NCBI GenBank assembly: GCA_963834265.1
Contig: CAWIAU010000001.1
Span: 135,572 to 199,571 of the forward strand
From: an uncultured bacterium
Lineage (GTDB): Bacteria; Patescibacteriota; Saccharimonadia; Saccharimonadales; 2-12-FULL-41-12
Direction: 5' to 3'
DNA length: 64,000 nt
Shown: one piece after another, positions 7,754 to 16,997 of the stretch
Numbering within the stretch: position 1 is the stretch's first letter
Layout of the letters: the number at the start of each line of letters is the position of its first letter
Program-made: the position numbers and the translations under genes
Notes under the pieces: model-generated
What the model was told of the DNA's origin: nothing
Database searches by the model: none
What the model saw: only the letters and a program-made list of their open reading frames with translations

Positions 7754-7841
7754 ACCGACAGTATAGTACCTAAGGAATAGTACGTCAATACCTTTTAGTA
7801 ATTTGATAAATTAACAGAGGTAAAATATACTAATATTTGAT

Positions 7842-7933
7842 GGAGGAGTCGCATAGTCCGGTCTAGTGCGCTGCACTCGAAATGCAGTATGGCGGCAACG
7901 TCATCGCGAGTTCGAATCTCGCCTCCTCCGCCA
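7842..7933 (+). tRNA. tRNA-Ser (anticodon CGA)
   Basis: 92-nt type II cloverleaf: anticodon stem CTGCA/TGCAG with loop CTCGAAA, T-arm GCGAG-TTCGAAT-CTCGC. CCA is encoded. A TTGATA-17-TATACT promoter lies upstream. Confidence 0.85.
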
Positions 7934-7938
7934 TGCGC

Positions 7939-8979
7939 CTACTGTTCTTTACGTAACTCTTCAGCTTCAATACGTTTGCGGGCGACAACCCAAATCGGTC
8001 CGCCTATGAGTACCGTCACGGCACCGAATATCAGATAAACTTTGGCTGCCGCTTTGGCGAATTCAGCCAGTATTGGCAAAGTTAAGTCGCGGGATAATTG
8101 ATTCGTGCCAGTGGCTTTTTGACCCCCGATTGCTGCCTGCACAAAGTATAATCCCAGAGCGATCATAATAATCATCACGCCGTTTATGGTCAGAATTCTG
8201 CCCAGGCGCTTTATGCCTTCATCCCTGACCGGATATAAAAAGACTACCAGAAGAGCAAAGATGACAGTCAATCCAAGCAGTATCCAGGGGATCTGTTTGA
8301 GCAGCTGAAATTGCCGGGGAGCATTACCAGCCGCAACAAAGACATTCTGTGACTCCCCTGCCTGCTTGAAAGTATCGGCTGTGATTTTGTTATCCGGTAA
8401 CAGATTTTTGCTGCTGCGCAGGTTTGACTTCGCCTGCTGTATCAGCGGGGTGATATCTATTCCGGGTGGCACGCATGTAGCTTTGAATGCATTCATTTTC
8501 TGCTGCTGCGAAAGTTGCTGAGCCGTACACGGCGGCAGTCCGCGTAACCGGCTTTCCAGACGCTTCCCTGCTTCCTCAATGAACAAATCATTGCTGGCAC
8601 TGAAGTCCAGCACAAAATCCGGCTGGGCAGCGGAACCATCAAGCCACCTGTAAGTACCGTCGATCAGTTTCTCGGAATTTGTCCGGATAACTGTCGGTGA
8701 GTAAGCCCGGACCAGAGAATCCCTGATGATCGGGTCATTGAGGGGAATGTCAGATGTATTCTTCTTATCGACCGATTCCAGTGCTGTGTTGAGGCTGTTT
8801 TCAATAAGGTGATCATAGGCACCGCTCTGAGCAATAGCATTTTTGACCGTTGCAGGATCCCCGGCTACGAAACTTATCACCATAGCGCCGGCAGCCACAA
8901 AGAGAAACAATCCGAGCAGCCAGCTGACAGCTATAATACCGGCTTTACGAAGAAAAGTCGGTGAATGAGACTCAATCAT
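7939..8979 (-). CDS. Hypothetical membrane protein (N-terminal TM, large extracytoplasmic domain, C-terminal TM bundle)
   Basis: 346-aa ORF. No family recognised. Confidence 0.6.
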   Translation of the reverse strand: MIESHSPTFLRKAGIIAVSWLLGLFLFVAAGAMVISFVAGDPATVKNAIAQSGAYDHLIENSLNTALESVDKKNTSDIPLNDPIIRDSLVRAYSPTVIRTNSEKLIDGTYRWLDGSAAQPDFVLDFSASNDLFIEEAGKRLESRLRGLPPCTAQQLSQQQKMNAFKATCVPPGIDITPLIQQAKSNLRSSKNLLPDNKITADTFKQAGESQNVFVAAGNAPRQFQLLKQIPWILLGLTVIFALLVVFLYPVRDEGIKRLGRILTINGVMIIMIALGLYFVQAAIGGQKATGTNQLSRDLTLPILAEFAKAAAKVYLIFGAVTVLIGGPIWVVARKRIEAEELRKEQ

Positions 8980-9043
8980 AGAATCAAGTATAGCGAATGG
9001 GGCTATGAAAGGGTAAAATTAAGAGATGAGGCCGAAATTCTGA

Positions 9044-9229
9044 ATGTCCGATTTTTTGATAGCTTTTTTAGCGACTGCGAGCGCCAGTACCTGGGTATAT
9101 ACCAAAGCCCAGCGTCGCACCGGTGGTAATACCAGGAACGCCCTCATGGTTGCGGTCGCCATGGGGGTGATAGTGTTTATAGTAATGATGACAATTCTTA
9201 ATTTGGTCGCTAACAGCTTAGAAAACTAG
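9044..9229 (+). CDS. Small hypothetical membrane protein (61 aa)
   Basis: Two hydrophobic helices. No homology evidence. Confidence 0.4.
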   Translation: MSDFLIAFLATASASTWVYTKAQRRTGGNTRNALMVAVAMGVIVFIVMMTILNLVANSLEN

Positions 9230-9354
9230 TCCTGTTTCAAATCCTTACACTTATCCCTGGTAAACAATATAAGCACCAGACCATTTGTAACGGGGCTAGC
9301 CATTTACGGCTACTATAACTTCATTTTTGCTAATTTAACTGGTACTATAAGGTT

Positions 9355-9453
9355 ATGGATCCCGTTAGAGTTCACAATGAACAAGGGATATAGAAAATTT
9401 AAGGGGTGGTATGCGAACGAATAAATCTATAATTTGGATTCAACTCTAACAGG
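9355..9453 (+). promoter_or_regulatory. Leader of the HTH-HAD gene bracketed by the same inverted arms as the comF leader
   Basis: CCCGTTAGAGTT at 9361-9372 and AACTCTAACAGG at 9442-9453; the 3' arm abuts ATG 9454. ATGGAT / ATGGAC are duplicated at the boundaries. TATAAG lies at 9346-9351. Confidence 0.5.
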
Positions 9454-10305
9454 ATGGACGAAAAGGGGTTGGGGCAGAAGCTGGCTGATGCGCGCAGGAG
9501 CGCGGGACTAACACAGCAGGAATTATGCCAGAAATCAGGTCTGAGCTACTCGACACTTGCCAAAATTGAGCGGGGGGCTATCAGGTCCCCGTCTATATTT
9601 ACCATCCAGCAGATCGCAGGCGTGCTGGGAACGTCAGTGGACACTTTGCTGGGCATTGAGGCTTCGGGGGGTCAAAACCCTGCTGAAGCACCTAAAAAAC
9701 GCTCTAAAAGCGGTATCGAATTCGTTTACTTCGACATCAATGGTTGCATAGTACGGTTTTTCCATCAGGCATTTGCAGCGGCTGCCAAAGATACAGGAAT
9801 TTCTTCGGATATTGTCGAGACAACCTTCTGGCACTATAACGACGCTGTTTGCAGAGGTGAACTGAGCATGGAAGAATTCAATACAATTCTGGCCCGTCAG
9901 TTCAGGCAGGATCAATTCAGCTGGATGGAATATTACATGGGCGCTGTTGATCCGATTTCCGAAACAGCAGAACTGCTGGCCTGGACCAAAGAGCACTACC
10001 GCATAGGTCTGCTTAGCAATATTATGCCGGGCTTTATAACCGAAATGCGCTCCAAAGGGTTGATACCTGAACTGGCCTATGACGCTATTATTGATTCTTC
10101 CGAAGCCCAGGCCATCAAGCCCGAACAGCGAATCTACGAATTGGCTGCCAAGCGTGCCAATATTGACCCGGGTTCGATCCTGCTGATAGATGATTCCCGG
10201 GCCAATCTGATGGCTGCCGAACGCCTGGGCTGGCGGGTCCTGTGGTTCGATGACTACCGTCCCAAAGAATCAGTAGACCGTATCAAACAAGCCCTTGAGT
10301 TTTAA
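9454..10305 (+). CDS. Fusion protein: N-terminal XRE-type helix-turn-helix domain + C-terminal HAD-like hydrolase domain
   Basis: 283 aa. The HTH part reads LGQKLADARRSAGLTQQELCQKSGLSYSTLAKIERG. The HAD-like motifs are YFDINGC, LLSN and LLIDDSRANL. Confidence 0.7.
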   Translation: MDEKGLGQKLADARRSAGLTQQELCQKSGLSYSTLAKIERGAIRSPSIFTIQQIAGVLGTSVDTLLGIEASGGQNPAEAPKKRSKSGIEFVYFDINGCIVRFFHQAFAAAAKDTGISSDIVETTFWHYNDAVCRGELSMEEFNTILARQFRQDQFSWMEYYMGAVDPISETAELLAWTKEHYRIGLLSNIMPGFITEMRSKGLIPELAYDAIIDSSEAQAIKPEQRIYELAAKRANIDPGSILLIDDSRANLMAAERLGWRVLWFDDYRPKESVDRIKQALEF

Positions 10306-10324
10306 GTGGTAGAATAGGTATTAC

Positions 10325-10765
10325 ATGATGCCACTTCTTGAGGGTCGGATTGACCGTAAAACTTTTATTATGGGTAGCGCTGTGGGCTTGGGAATTCTAC
10401 TGGCAGTAATTATAATGTTCATAATTCCGATTGGACTGATCGATATCGTGGTCAATCAGTCCCACAGTGTTAATTTCAGGCCGGTTTATTTTATATTTGC
10501 GATTCCGGCTATAGTCTATGCTTTCTACTTCGGTGTTCTTGCTATCAAACGGGCTCATGATATTGGCTTACCTGGCGTTCCTCTGCTAATTATAGTAGGA
10601 ATAGCAGAGTTCATAAGCCGGCTTACGGGCTGGTGGATTCCCCACTTGCTTGCACTGCTGCTGCTGCTATTACTGGTCATTTATCCGAGCCATAAAGGTT
10701 CAAATAAATTCGGACCCCGTCCCCACAAACGCTTCCGCATCGCAAATTTACGCCTGAATAGCTGA
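10325..10765 (+). CDS. DUF805 family membrane protein
   Basis: 146 aa with TM helices. The KRAHDIGLPG motif is characteristic of DUF805. Confidence 0.6.
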   Translation: MMPLLEGRIDRKTFIMGSAVGLGILLAVIIMFIIPIGLIDIVVNQSHSVNFRPVYFIFAIPAIVYAFYFGVLAIKRAHDIGLPGVPLLIIVGIAEFISRLTGWWIPHLLALLLLLLLVIYPSHKGSNKFGPRPHKRFRIANLRLNS

Positions 10766-11026
10766 TTTTGTAGATTCGGGTCCGATATAACCGTCAAGGT
10801 GCATACATGATTCTTCGAAAGCAATGCGATCAGGCTTAAGACCGCGGGGATCAGCCGTACAGAGCGCTTCTGCGTTATAGTTCACCGGGTTGGTGAGTTG
10901 TATTGTCTGATCTGTGGCCAAAGATCCCGGAGATGTTCCGCGTGCGATACCAGTAAAGGTTTTTCTGTCAGCCAATGCCGGAATATTCACGCATCGATCG
11001 TAGCCGGCTGTTGTATCTATACCCAT
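10748..11026 (-). CDS. Hypothetical protein (92 aa), translationally coupled to valS
   Basis: Its ATG overlaps the valS TAA stop (TAATG). No family recognised. Confidence 0.4.
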   Translation of the reverse strand: MGIDTTAGYDRCVNIPALADRKTFTGIARGTSPGSLATDQTIQLTNPVNYNAEALCTADPRGLKPDRIAFEESCMHLDGYIGPESTKSAIQA

Positions 11027-13674
11027 TATTTCAGATAAATGAAGTCAAATTGTTTAAGTTGCTTCTCGATCGCTTCAACTTCACTTTGCAGGTCTTTTTG
11101 CTGCTGTTTGCTCTCTTCTACCAATTTTTTCGGAGCTTTTTTGATGTAGGCCGGATTACCCAGACGGTTTACCAGGACATGATCTTGTTTTTTGAGCTCT
11201 TCCCTCCTGGCCAGCAGCTTATCCAAAAAGCGTCTTGCTACATCTTCGTCTACATCAATCCATGCCGTAACCGGTGTTTGTGTCAGGCGCAGGCCTTTGG
11301 CCTCGTAGGCGGGTTTGATTTCGTCCAGCCTTGCCAGGGCGACGACCAGCTTGCTGTTATTTTTTATCAAAGGTGAATCTTTGTAATAGAGGGCTGTGTA
11401 TTTGAGCCTCAGCATGGTTTTTATCTGTCTTATCTCGCCGATAATCACTTGCAGTTGTTCAAACTCTTTCGCAATCCTGACATCGTGTTTGACAGATTTG
11501 GGCCAAGGTGTTGTGATTAATAAATTATCATTCTCCGGATTGAGAGTCTGCCATATAGTTTCGGTTACAAATGGCGCGAAGGGGTGAGCTAGTTTGAGGA
11601 TAGTCTCCAGACCGTACGTCAATACGCCGTAGTTCAGGCTGTGCTTGCTGGACTCTATGTACCAATCGGCAAAATCGTCCCACGTCAGATGGTACAGCTC
11701 ATTATAGGCGCCGCTGAAATCGAATTTTTCGATAGATTTGTCAATGGAATCAATCGAATCTGACAGTTTCTTTAGTATCCAGTGATCTGCCGCCGATCGT
11801 GCTTCGGGTGCTTCCCCTGCCTGCCTGCCTTCAGACAGACTCTCGTAGTAGCGGGCTATGTTCCAGAGCTTATTGTTGAAGTTGCGGTTGGCTTCGACCT
11901 TATCGGTGCTCCAGCTTTGGTCATTTCCGGGTGATACTCCCATGACGAGAGCCAGACGCATGGCATCAGTGCCGTATTTTTCGATAATCTCCAGAGGATC
12001 AATGATTGATTCGGGGCGGCTCTTGCTCATTTTCTTTCCATCGGTGGTTCGGATCATACCGTGCAAAAATACAGTTTTGAATGGCACTTGACCAGTTGCG
12101 TAAGTGGTAGACAGAATCATTTTTGCAACCCAGATAGGCAGGATGTCCATACCGGTTTCCATGACGGTTGTAGGGTGGTAGGCCTGATAATCTTTACTCT
12201 TTGCTAACAGGTCTATAAGCTCAAGCGAAGTATCAGATGTAAGTGCAGGATCAAGCAAAGTGCTCCATGTCCAGAGTGAAGAGCTGAACCAGGTGTCGAG
12301 GGTATCCGGATCCTGCTCCCATTCACGGAATCCTTCGCTCTCGTCATCCGGAGGAGTCAGACCAACATAGATTTCTTCTTTCCCGTCTGCATCGGTTCGA
12401 TACCACACCGGAATGCGGTGGCCCCACCAGATTTGGCGGCTCAGGCACCAGTCATGGAGATTATTAACCCAGTGAAAGTAAAGTTTCTCAAATCGTTTCG
12501 GTACAATCTTTATGTCACCATCATTTATTACGGCCTGCATAACTTCTTTCAGAGAATGTTTTTTGCCTTTCCACTTCACTGCTTTCCTGTTGACGTCTAC
12601 GAACCACTGTAGCCTGATCTGGGGTTCAATAACGCCTTTGCCACGATCATTAACAGCAATATTGTGCACATATTCCTTGTCTACGTTGAGCATCAGGCCT
12701 TTTTTCTTCAGCTTTTCCACTATCCCGGCTCTGGCAACACCTATTTCCTGACCGGCAAACTCCCCTGCTATCGGTAATAATTTGCCATGAAAATCTATAA
12801 TCTGTGTGCGGTCCAGATTGTGGCGCTCAGCAACCTCGAAGTCGACGTGGCTATGCCAGGGGGTAATAGTCATCACGCCGGTACCGAACTCCGGATCAAT
12901 AGCCGTATCTTTAATAACAGTAGCTGTTACTGGTCCGTTGATCCACTCTGCTTCGAAGGTATCGCCGTGCTTATAATCACGATAGCGCAGGTCATCGGGG
13001 TGCATCACTACGTATTTATCGCCGAATTTCGTTTCCGGACGTGCCGTGCCGATTCGGAATGGTCCGTACTGTAGCGTGTAGAATTCCCCTTTTTCTTCCT
13101 GATACATTACTTCATCGTCAGAAACAGTAGTTTGTAAGTTGGGATCCCAGTTTACGATACGGTTACCTCTGTAAATCAGGCCGTCATTGTACATGCTCAT
13201 AAAAACTTCGTTGACAGCGCGGTTGAGTGATTCATCCAGAGTGTAGCGCATGCGTGTCCAGTCAGCGCTGGCACCCATGGCCCGCATCTGGGCGATCATA
13301 GTATCCCGGCTGTTGCCTACGAACTCACGAGTCCGGCGCAGGAACTCTTCCCGCCCGATTTCGTGTTTGTCAGTTCCCTCTTCGGCTAATTTCTTCTCCA
13401 TCAGCGCATTGACAGCAAGTGCAGCATGATCTGTTCCCGGTACCCATAAAGCATCCTTGCCCTTTTGGCGGGCATGACGAATCATGATGTCCTGCAGTGT
13501 CAGGAATATTGCATGGTGAACCCCCAGTGTACCGGTCTCATTCGGCGGGGGCATACTGATAGTAAATCGTTCTTTTTTGCTGTCCGGATCAGCGATAAAA
13601 GCTCCGCTACGCTCCCACAGAGCATAGATATCCGCTTCGTACTCTCCGGGTTCATAAACTTTAGCCAACTTCAT
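11026..13674 (-). CDS. valS: Valine--tRNA ligase
   Basis: 882 aa. Class I motifs are present (PPPNETGTLGVHHA; KMSKSRP), with a ValRS-type editing domain and a C-terminal coiled coil. Confidence 0.95.
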   Translation of the reverse strand: MKLAKVYEPGEYEADIYALWERSGAFIADPDSKKERFTISMPPPNETGTLGVHHAIFLTLQDIMIRHARQKGKDALWVPGTDHAALAVNALMEKKLAEEGTDKHEIGREEFLRRTREFVGNSRDTMIAQMRAMGASADWTRMRYTLDESLNRAVNEVFMSMYNDGLIYRGNRIVNWDPNLQTTVSDDEVMYQEEKGEFYTLQYGPFRIGTARPETKFGDKYVVMHPDDLRYRDYKHGDTFEAEWINGPVTATVIKDTAIDPEFGTGVMTITPWHSHVDFEVAERHNLDRTQIIDFHGKLLPIAGEFAGQEIGVARAGIVEKLKKKGLMLNVDKEYVHNIAVNDRGKGVIEPQIRLQWFVDVNRKAVKWKGKKHSLKEVMQAVINDGDIKIVPKRFEKLYFHWVNNLHDWCLSRQIWWGHRIPVWYRTDADGKEEIYVGLTPPDDESEGFREWEQDPDTLDTWFSSSLWTWSTLLDPALTSDTSLELIDLLAKSKDYQAYHPTTVMETGMDILPIWVAKMILSTTYATGQVPFKTVFLHGMIRTTDGKKMSKSRPESIIDPLEIIEKYGTDAMRLALVMGVSPGNDQSWSTDKVEANRNFNNKLWNIARYYESLSEGRQAGEAPEARSAADHWILKKLSDSIDSIDKSIEKFDFSGAYNELYHLTWDDFADWYIESSKHSLNYGVLTYGLETILKLAHPFAPFVTETIWQTLNPENDNLLITTPWPKSVKHDVRIAKEFEQLQVIIGEIRQIKTMLRLKYTALYYKDSPLIKNNSKLVVALARLDEIKPAYEAKGLRLTQTPVTAWIDVDEDVARRFLDKLLARREELKKQDHVLVNRLGNPAYIKKAPKKLVEESKQQQKDLQSEVEAIEKQLKQFDFIYLK

Positions 13675-13735
13675 AGGGTCTCAGTATATCACCTCTGTTT
13701 AGTTAACTGAATATGCGTATTATCTGATAATAGTA

Positions 13736-13764
13736 TTGACAAAAATAAAAATATATCATAAAGT
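13736..13764 (+). promoter_or_regulatory. Sigma-70-type promoter (TTGACA-17-TAAAGT)
   Basis: Perfect -35 at 13736-13741. A TAGGAG RBS precedes ATG 13787. The ORF-track TTG start at 13736 is itself the -35 box. Confidence 0.5.
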
Positions 13765-13786
13765 TATTACGTATAGGAGCAAAAAT

Positions 13787-14650
13787 ATGACAACCGAACG
13801 GATGGAAAATCTTTCCCCAAAACAAGAAATTGCAGATCATGTGATAAGTGAAATTGTCACGGCTAACAGTCAGATTGAGGCTTTTAAACCTGGCGGAAAT
13901 GAAATTTATGATCTTACTTCCAAAAGACTATTTACCAGGAGAGTAGCCAGCGACGAGGCAATTAGATTCACGGCATATAGCCGCACCGAGACCGAGGCAA
14001 GACTAATCGACGCTATAGTCGATGATAGATTAGCTCTCAGCAAGGTTCCGGGTATGATAATTCGAGCTAGCCGTGCCGGCCGCGAGGAATTACTTGCTGA
14101 GCAGGCTGAAGCAACTGTTGAAATAAAGGAAGTTGAAGCTACGCATCTGGAAAAGGCAGTAATGGCATTCAATGGTGCGATTGATCAAAAAATTATTAAA
14201 GCAACTGCTTTAGGAAAAAGCACAATTGAAGACGATAAACGCATGGACATTGTAAGCGCTAAACTGGGACTAACTGAATCAACAGAAATCGTTAAGTTCA
14301 ATAATGGTAAACATCGAAAAGCAACTATAACTTACAGCCCGGATGAACGAACTCCATTTGATCTCGGTAGTTTAAGTGAATTTGCCAGAGAAAGAATTGT
14401 ATCCGAATCATTAAATGGTTCAGAAGCATTAGATTTAGTTGTGCTTAAAGAAGAACTATTAATATTTCCAGGTTATGAAACGGGAACGAAGATAGAAAGA
14501 AGTTTGACTGTCGGCCTTAATCTAAACGAAGAAGACAGGCGGAAGTCAGCGAAGGCAAACATTTATCCTTTCGCTGTTCGAATGGATACCACTCCCGAAG
14601 ATTTAGAACGGATAACTGCTATAGTAACAGACCAGCAGCCAATTGAATAA
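13787..14650 (+). CDS. Hypothetical acidic protein (287 aa) in an AT-rich pocket
   Basis: The ORF is re-started at ATG 13787, which has RBS and promoter upstream. No family recognised. Confidence 0.55.
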   Translation: MTTERMENLSPKQEIADHVISEIVTANSQIEAFKPGGNEIYDLTSKRLFTRRVASDEAIRFTAYSRTETEARLIDAIVDDRLALSKVPGMIIRASRAGREELLAEQAEATVEIKEVEATHLEKAVMAFNGAIDQKIIKATALGKSTIEDDKRMDIVSAKLGLTESTEIVKFNNGKHRKATITYSPDERTPFDLGSLSEFARERIVSESLNGSEALDLVVLKEELLIFPGYETGTKIERSLTVGLNLNEEDRRKSAKANIYPFAVRMDTTPEDLERITAIVTDQQPIE

Positions 14651-14898
14651 ACTATTTTTAATATTATTTACCCACAGATTTGCATAATAACTTATTAGTT
14701 ATTTAGTATAGAGAGAGTTCTGAGTTTCACGTGAAATTTGGGACAACTAAACTCAAGGCTTTATCCGAAAGCTTTCAGTTCAACAGCCCATCCATATTGA
14801 ATTTATTTTGATATACGATCCTGACAGTGAATCAGAGTAATTCTTATAAACTTTTTGTTTCAAAATAAGCATAACTAAAATCCAACAGAGGTGCAACA

Positions 14899-14927
14899 TT
14901 GACAAAATAAATAAAATTTGCTATATT
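14899..14927 (+). promoter_or_regulatory. Sigma-70-type promoter (TTGACA-17-TATATT)
   Basis: -35 at 14899-14904 and -10 at 14922-14927. A GGAGA RBS precedes ATG 14949. Confidence 0.55.
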
Positions 14928-14948
14928 AGTATGGAGAAATGTAACTAA

Positions 14949-15902
14949 ATGCGAGACAAAGACCCATTACGCAGAAAAGTAACTGAACTCGCTAAGCCTC
15001 GCGTACGGGCAACAGGCAGAACTGCTCTGCGAACCGGAATGAAGATTGCCAGGGCAGCTCACGCTAAAGCACGCGAACTTGACGAACAATATGAATTATC
15101 CGACGGCGCTAAAATAAGGAAGCGGGAAGAACGAGAACGCAAAGGAGAAGCAGTAGCTCATAAGGCTCACGATGATCATAGAAGATTTTTAGAAAATCTT
15201 AGCGAAAGATCAGGCTTCAGCGTCGATAAACATGCACTCAGGAAACAAGCAACAGAACCGTGGACCACAATAGAATTAGGCCCGGGTGACAGACCTGTTG
15301 GTATGAACAGAAAATTTAGCGGAGATAGCAAATATATTGGTATTGATCCTCACATACATATGCCCAGAGAAGTAACAGAAGAAATTTTTGCCAGGCTAAA
15401 ATCCAGTCGTCCCGGAGAAAATATTAACTTATTGTCATTGGATAGAGGAGCCAAATCTATTGCAGGGGAGATCCCCGATGGATCGGCCGATGAGGTTTTT
15501 GCAGTTTATGTTTTTGATGATCCAAAAACTGATCGCGGGACGATAATAAGCGAAGCATATCGAATGCTAAAGCCGGGAGGGATATTCATTGTCTCGGACC
15601 ATAAATCACTGCTTTCGCGTCTTAAGCCTAAATATAGTTCACCTATTGACAGGCCGGAGTTTGAACGTAAAGGAGTAGCAGCTGATTTGGAGACAGCGGG
15701 GTTCGAGCTTCAGTTTTATAGAGAATATCCAGGTTCGTACTGGACGGCTCTTGAAGAAGGGTCTCCAGAGTTAGCAGAACTACAGGGAAAATATTTCGAT
15801 ATTGGGAATAAACTTGGATTGGTCTCTGAATATAATCAGCCACACATGGACATACTAGTCGCAATGAAGCCTCCTGAGCCTACATACACAGCCCGGGCTT
15901 AA
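14949..15902 (+). CDS. Protein with a basic helical N-terminal region and a class I SAM-dependent methyltransferase-like C-terminal domain
   Basis: 317 aa. Motif I-like IELGPGDRP, then YIGIDP, DEVFAVYVF and MLKPGGIFIV. Confidence 0.55.
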   Translation: MRDKDPLRRKVTELAKPRVRATGRTALRTGMKIARAAHAKARELDEQYELSDGAKIRKREERERKGEAVAHKAHDDHRRFLENLSERSGFSVDKHALRKQATEPWTTIELGPGDRPVGMNRKFSGDSKYIGIDPHIHMPREVTEEIFARLKSSRPGENINLLSLDRGAKSIAGEIPDGSADEVFAVYVFDDPKTDRGTIISEAYRMLKPGGIFIVSDHKSLLSRLKPKYSSPIDRPEFERKGVAADLETAGFELQFYREYPGSYWTALEEGSPELAELQGKYFDIGNKLGLVSEYNQPHMDILVAMKPPEPTYTARA

Positions 15903-16974
15903 TTTCTAAAGAATAAGGATCTGCCACAGGTTGGTCTTTGACGGCCATGAAGTAACCGAGGGTGGCGATCATGGCGGCGTTGTCTGTGCAGAGCCCGGGG
16001 TCTGTATAAGCTACTTTTATCGGAATGCGTTCTGATATCTGACGGCGAAGCTCGCTGTTGGCAGCTACTCCGCCGGCTACTACGAAACTTTGTGGGTGGA
16101 ACTCCTGAAATGCCAGAACTGCCTTGTCGACCACCGTTTCGATGGCTATTCGCTGAAAGCTGGCGGCAATATCCGCTTTTTGGGCCTCAGAGAGACGCTC
16201 AGATAGCTTATGGGAGGGAAAGTTGTAATCCTCACCTATTTGTTGCTGTGCCAGCCGCAGGACGGCAGTTTTAGGTCCTGAAAAGCTGAAGTCGTATTTG
16301 CCCGGTATCCGGGCTTTGGGAAGTTTGTGAGCAGTTGGATCTCCTTCCCGGGCTATTTTCTCGATGGCAGGACCACCCGGGTAGGGAAGACCAAGAATTT
16401 TGGCAACTTTATCGAAGGCTTCGCCGATGGCGTCGTCGCCGGTCTGCCCCAGCAAAGTGTAGTCGAAATGGTCTCGCAATAGCACTAGTTGGGTATGTCC
16501 CCCGCTAACTATTAGTGCCAAAACGGGAAAATCAGGTGCTGTAGCCGTCAGTTGGTAGCTGTCAGATAGGGTAGAAGTAGCATTAGTCAAAAAATTAGTA
16601 TAAACATGGGCTGTCACATGGTTTACGGCATAGAGGGGCTTCTGTTTGGTTATAGCCAGCGTCCGTGCCGTCATAACTCCGATCAGCAGGCTGCCGCCTA
16701 AACCAGGGCCATATGTTACGGCAATCCCGTCAATCTGATCCCACGGATCACTACTGTCAGGGAACTGTCCGCGGACTGGAGAGACCAGCGCTTTTTCGAC
16801 GACGGGCATTATAGCTTCCAGATGACTGCGGGCAGCAATCTCCGGCACAACTCCGCCGTAAGCAGTGTGTAAATCCATAGAACTGGCCACCACGTTGGAC
16901 AACAGCAGCTGCCCGTCCTCCACCACTGCCGCAGCTGTCTCATCGCAACTAGTCTCAATACCCAAAATTTTCAT
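15880..16974 (-). CDS. tsaD: tRNA N6-adenosine threonylcarbamoyltransferase
   Basis: 364 aa. MKILGIETSCDETAAAV..., HVTAHV and SGGHTQL are typical TsaD/Kae1 motifs. Confidence 0.93.
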   Translation of the reverse strand: MKILGIETSCDETAAAVVEDGQLLLSNVVASSMDLHTAYGGVVPEIAARSHLEAIMPVVEKALVSPVRGQFPDSSDPWDQIDGIAVTYGPGLGGSLLIGVMTARTLAITKQKPLYAVNHVTAHVYTNFLTNATSTLSDSYQLTATAPDFPVLALIVSGGHTQLVLLRDHFDYTLLGQTGDDAIGEAFDKVAKILGLPYPGGPAIEKIAREGDPTAHKLPKARIPGKYDFSFSGPKTAVLRLAQQQIGEDYNFPSHKLSERLSEAQKADIAASFQRIAIETVVDKAVLAFQEFHPQSFVVAGGVAANSELRRQISERIPIKVAYTDPGLCTDNAAMIATLGYFMAVKDQPVADPYSLEIKPGLCM

Positions 16975-16997
16975 CTGTTTTACTGTATCATTGTTGT

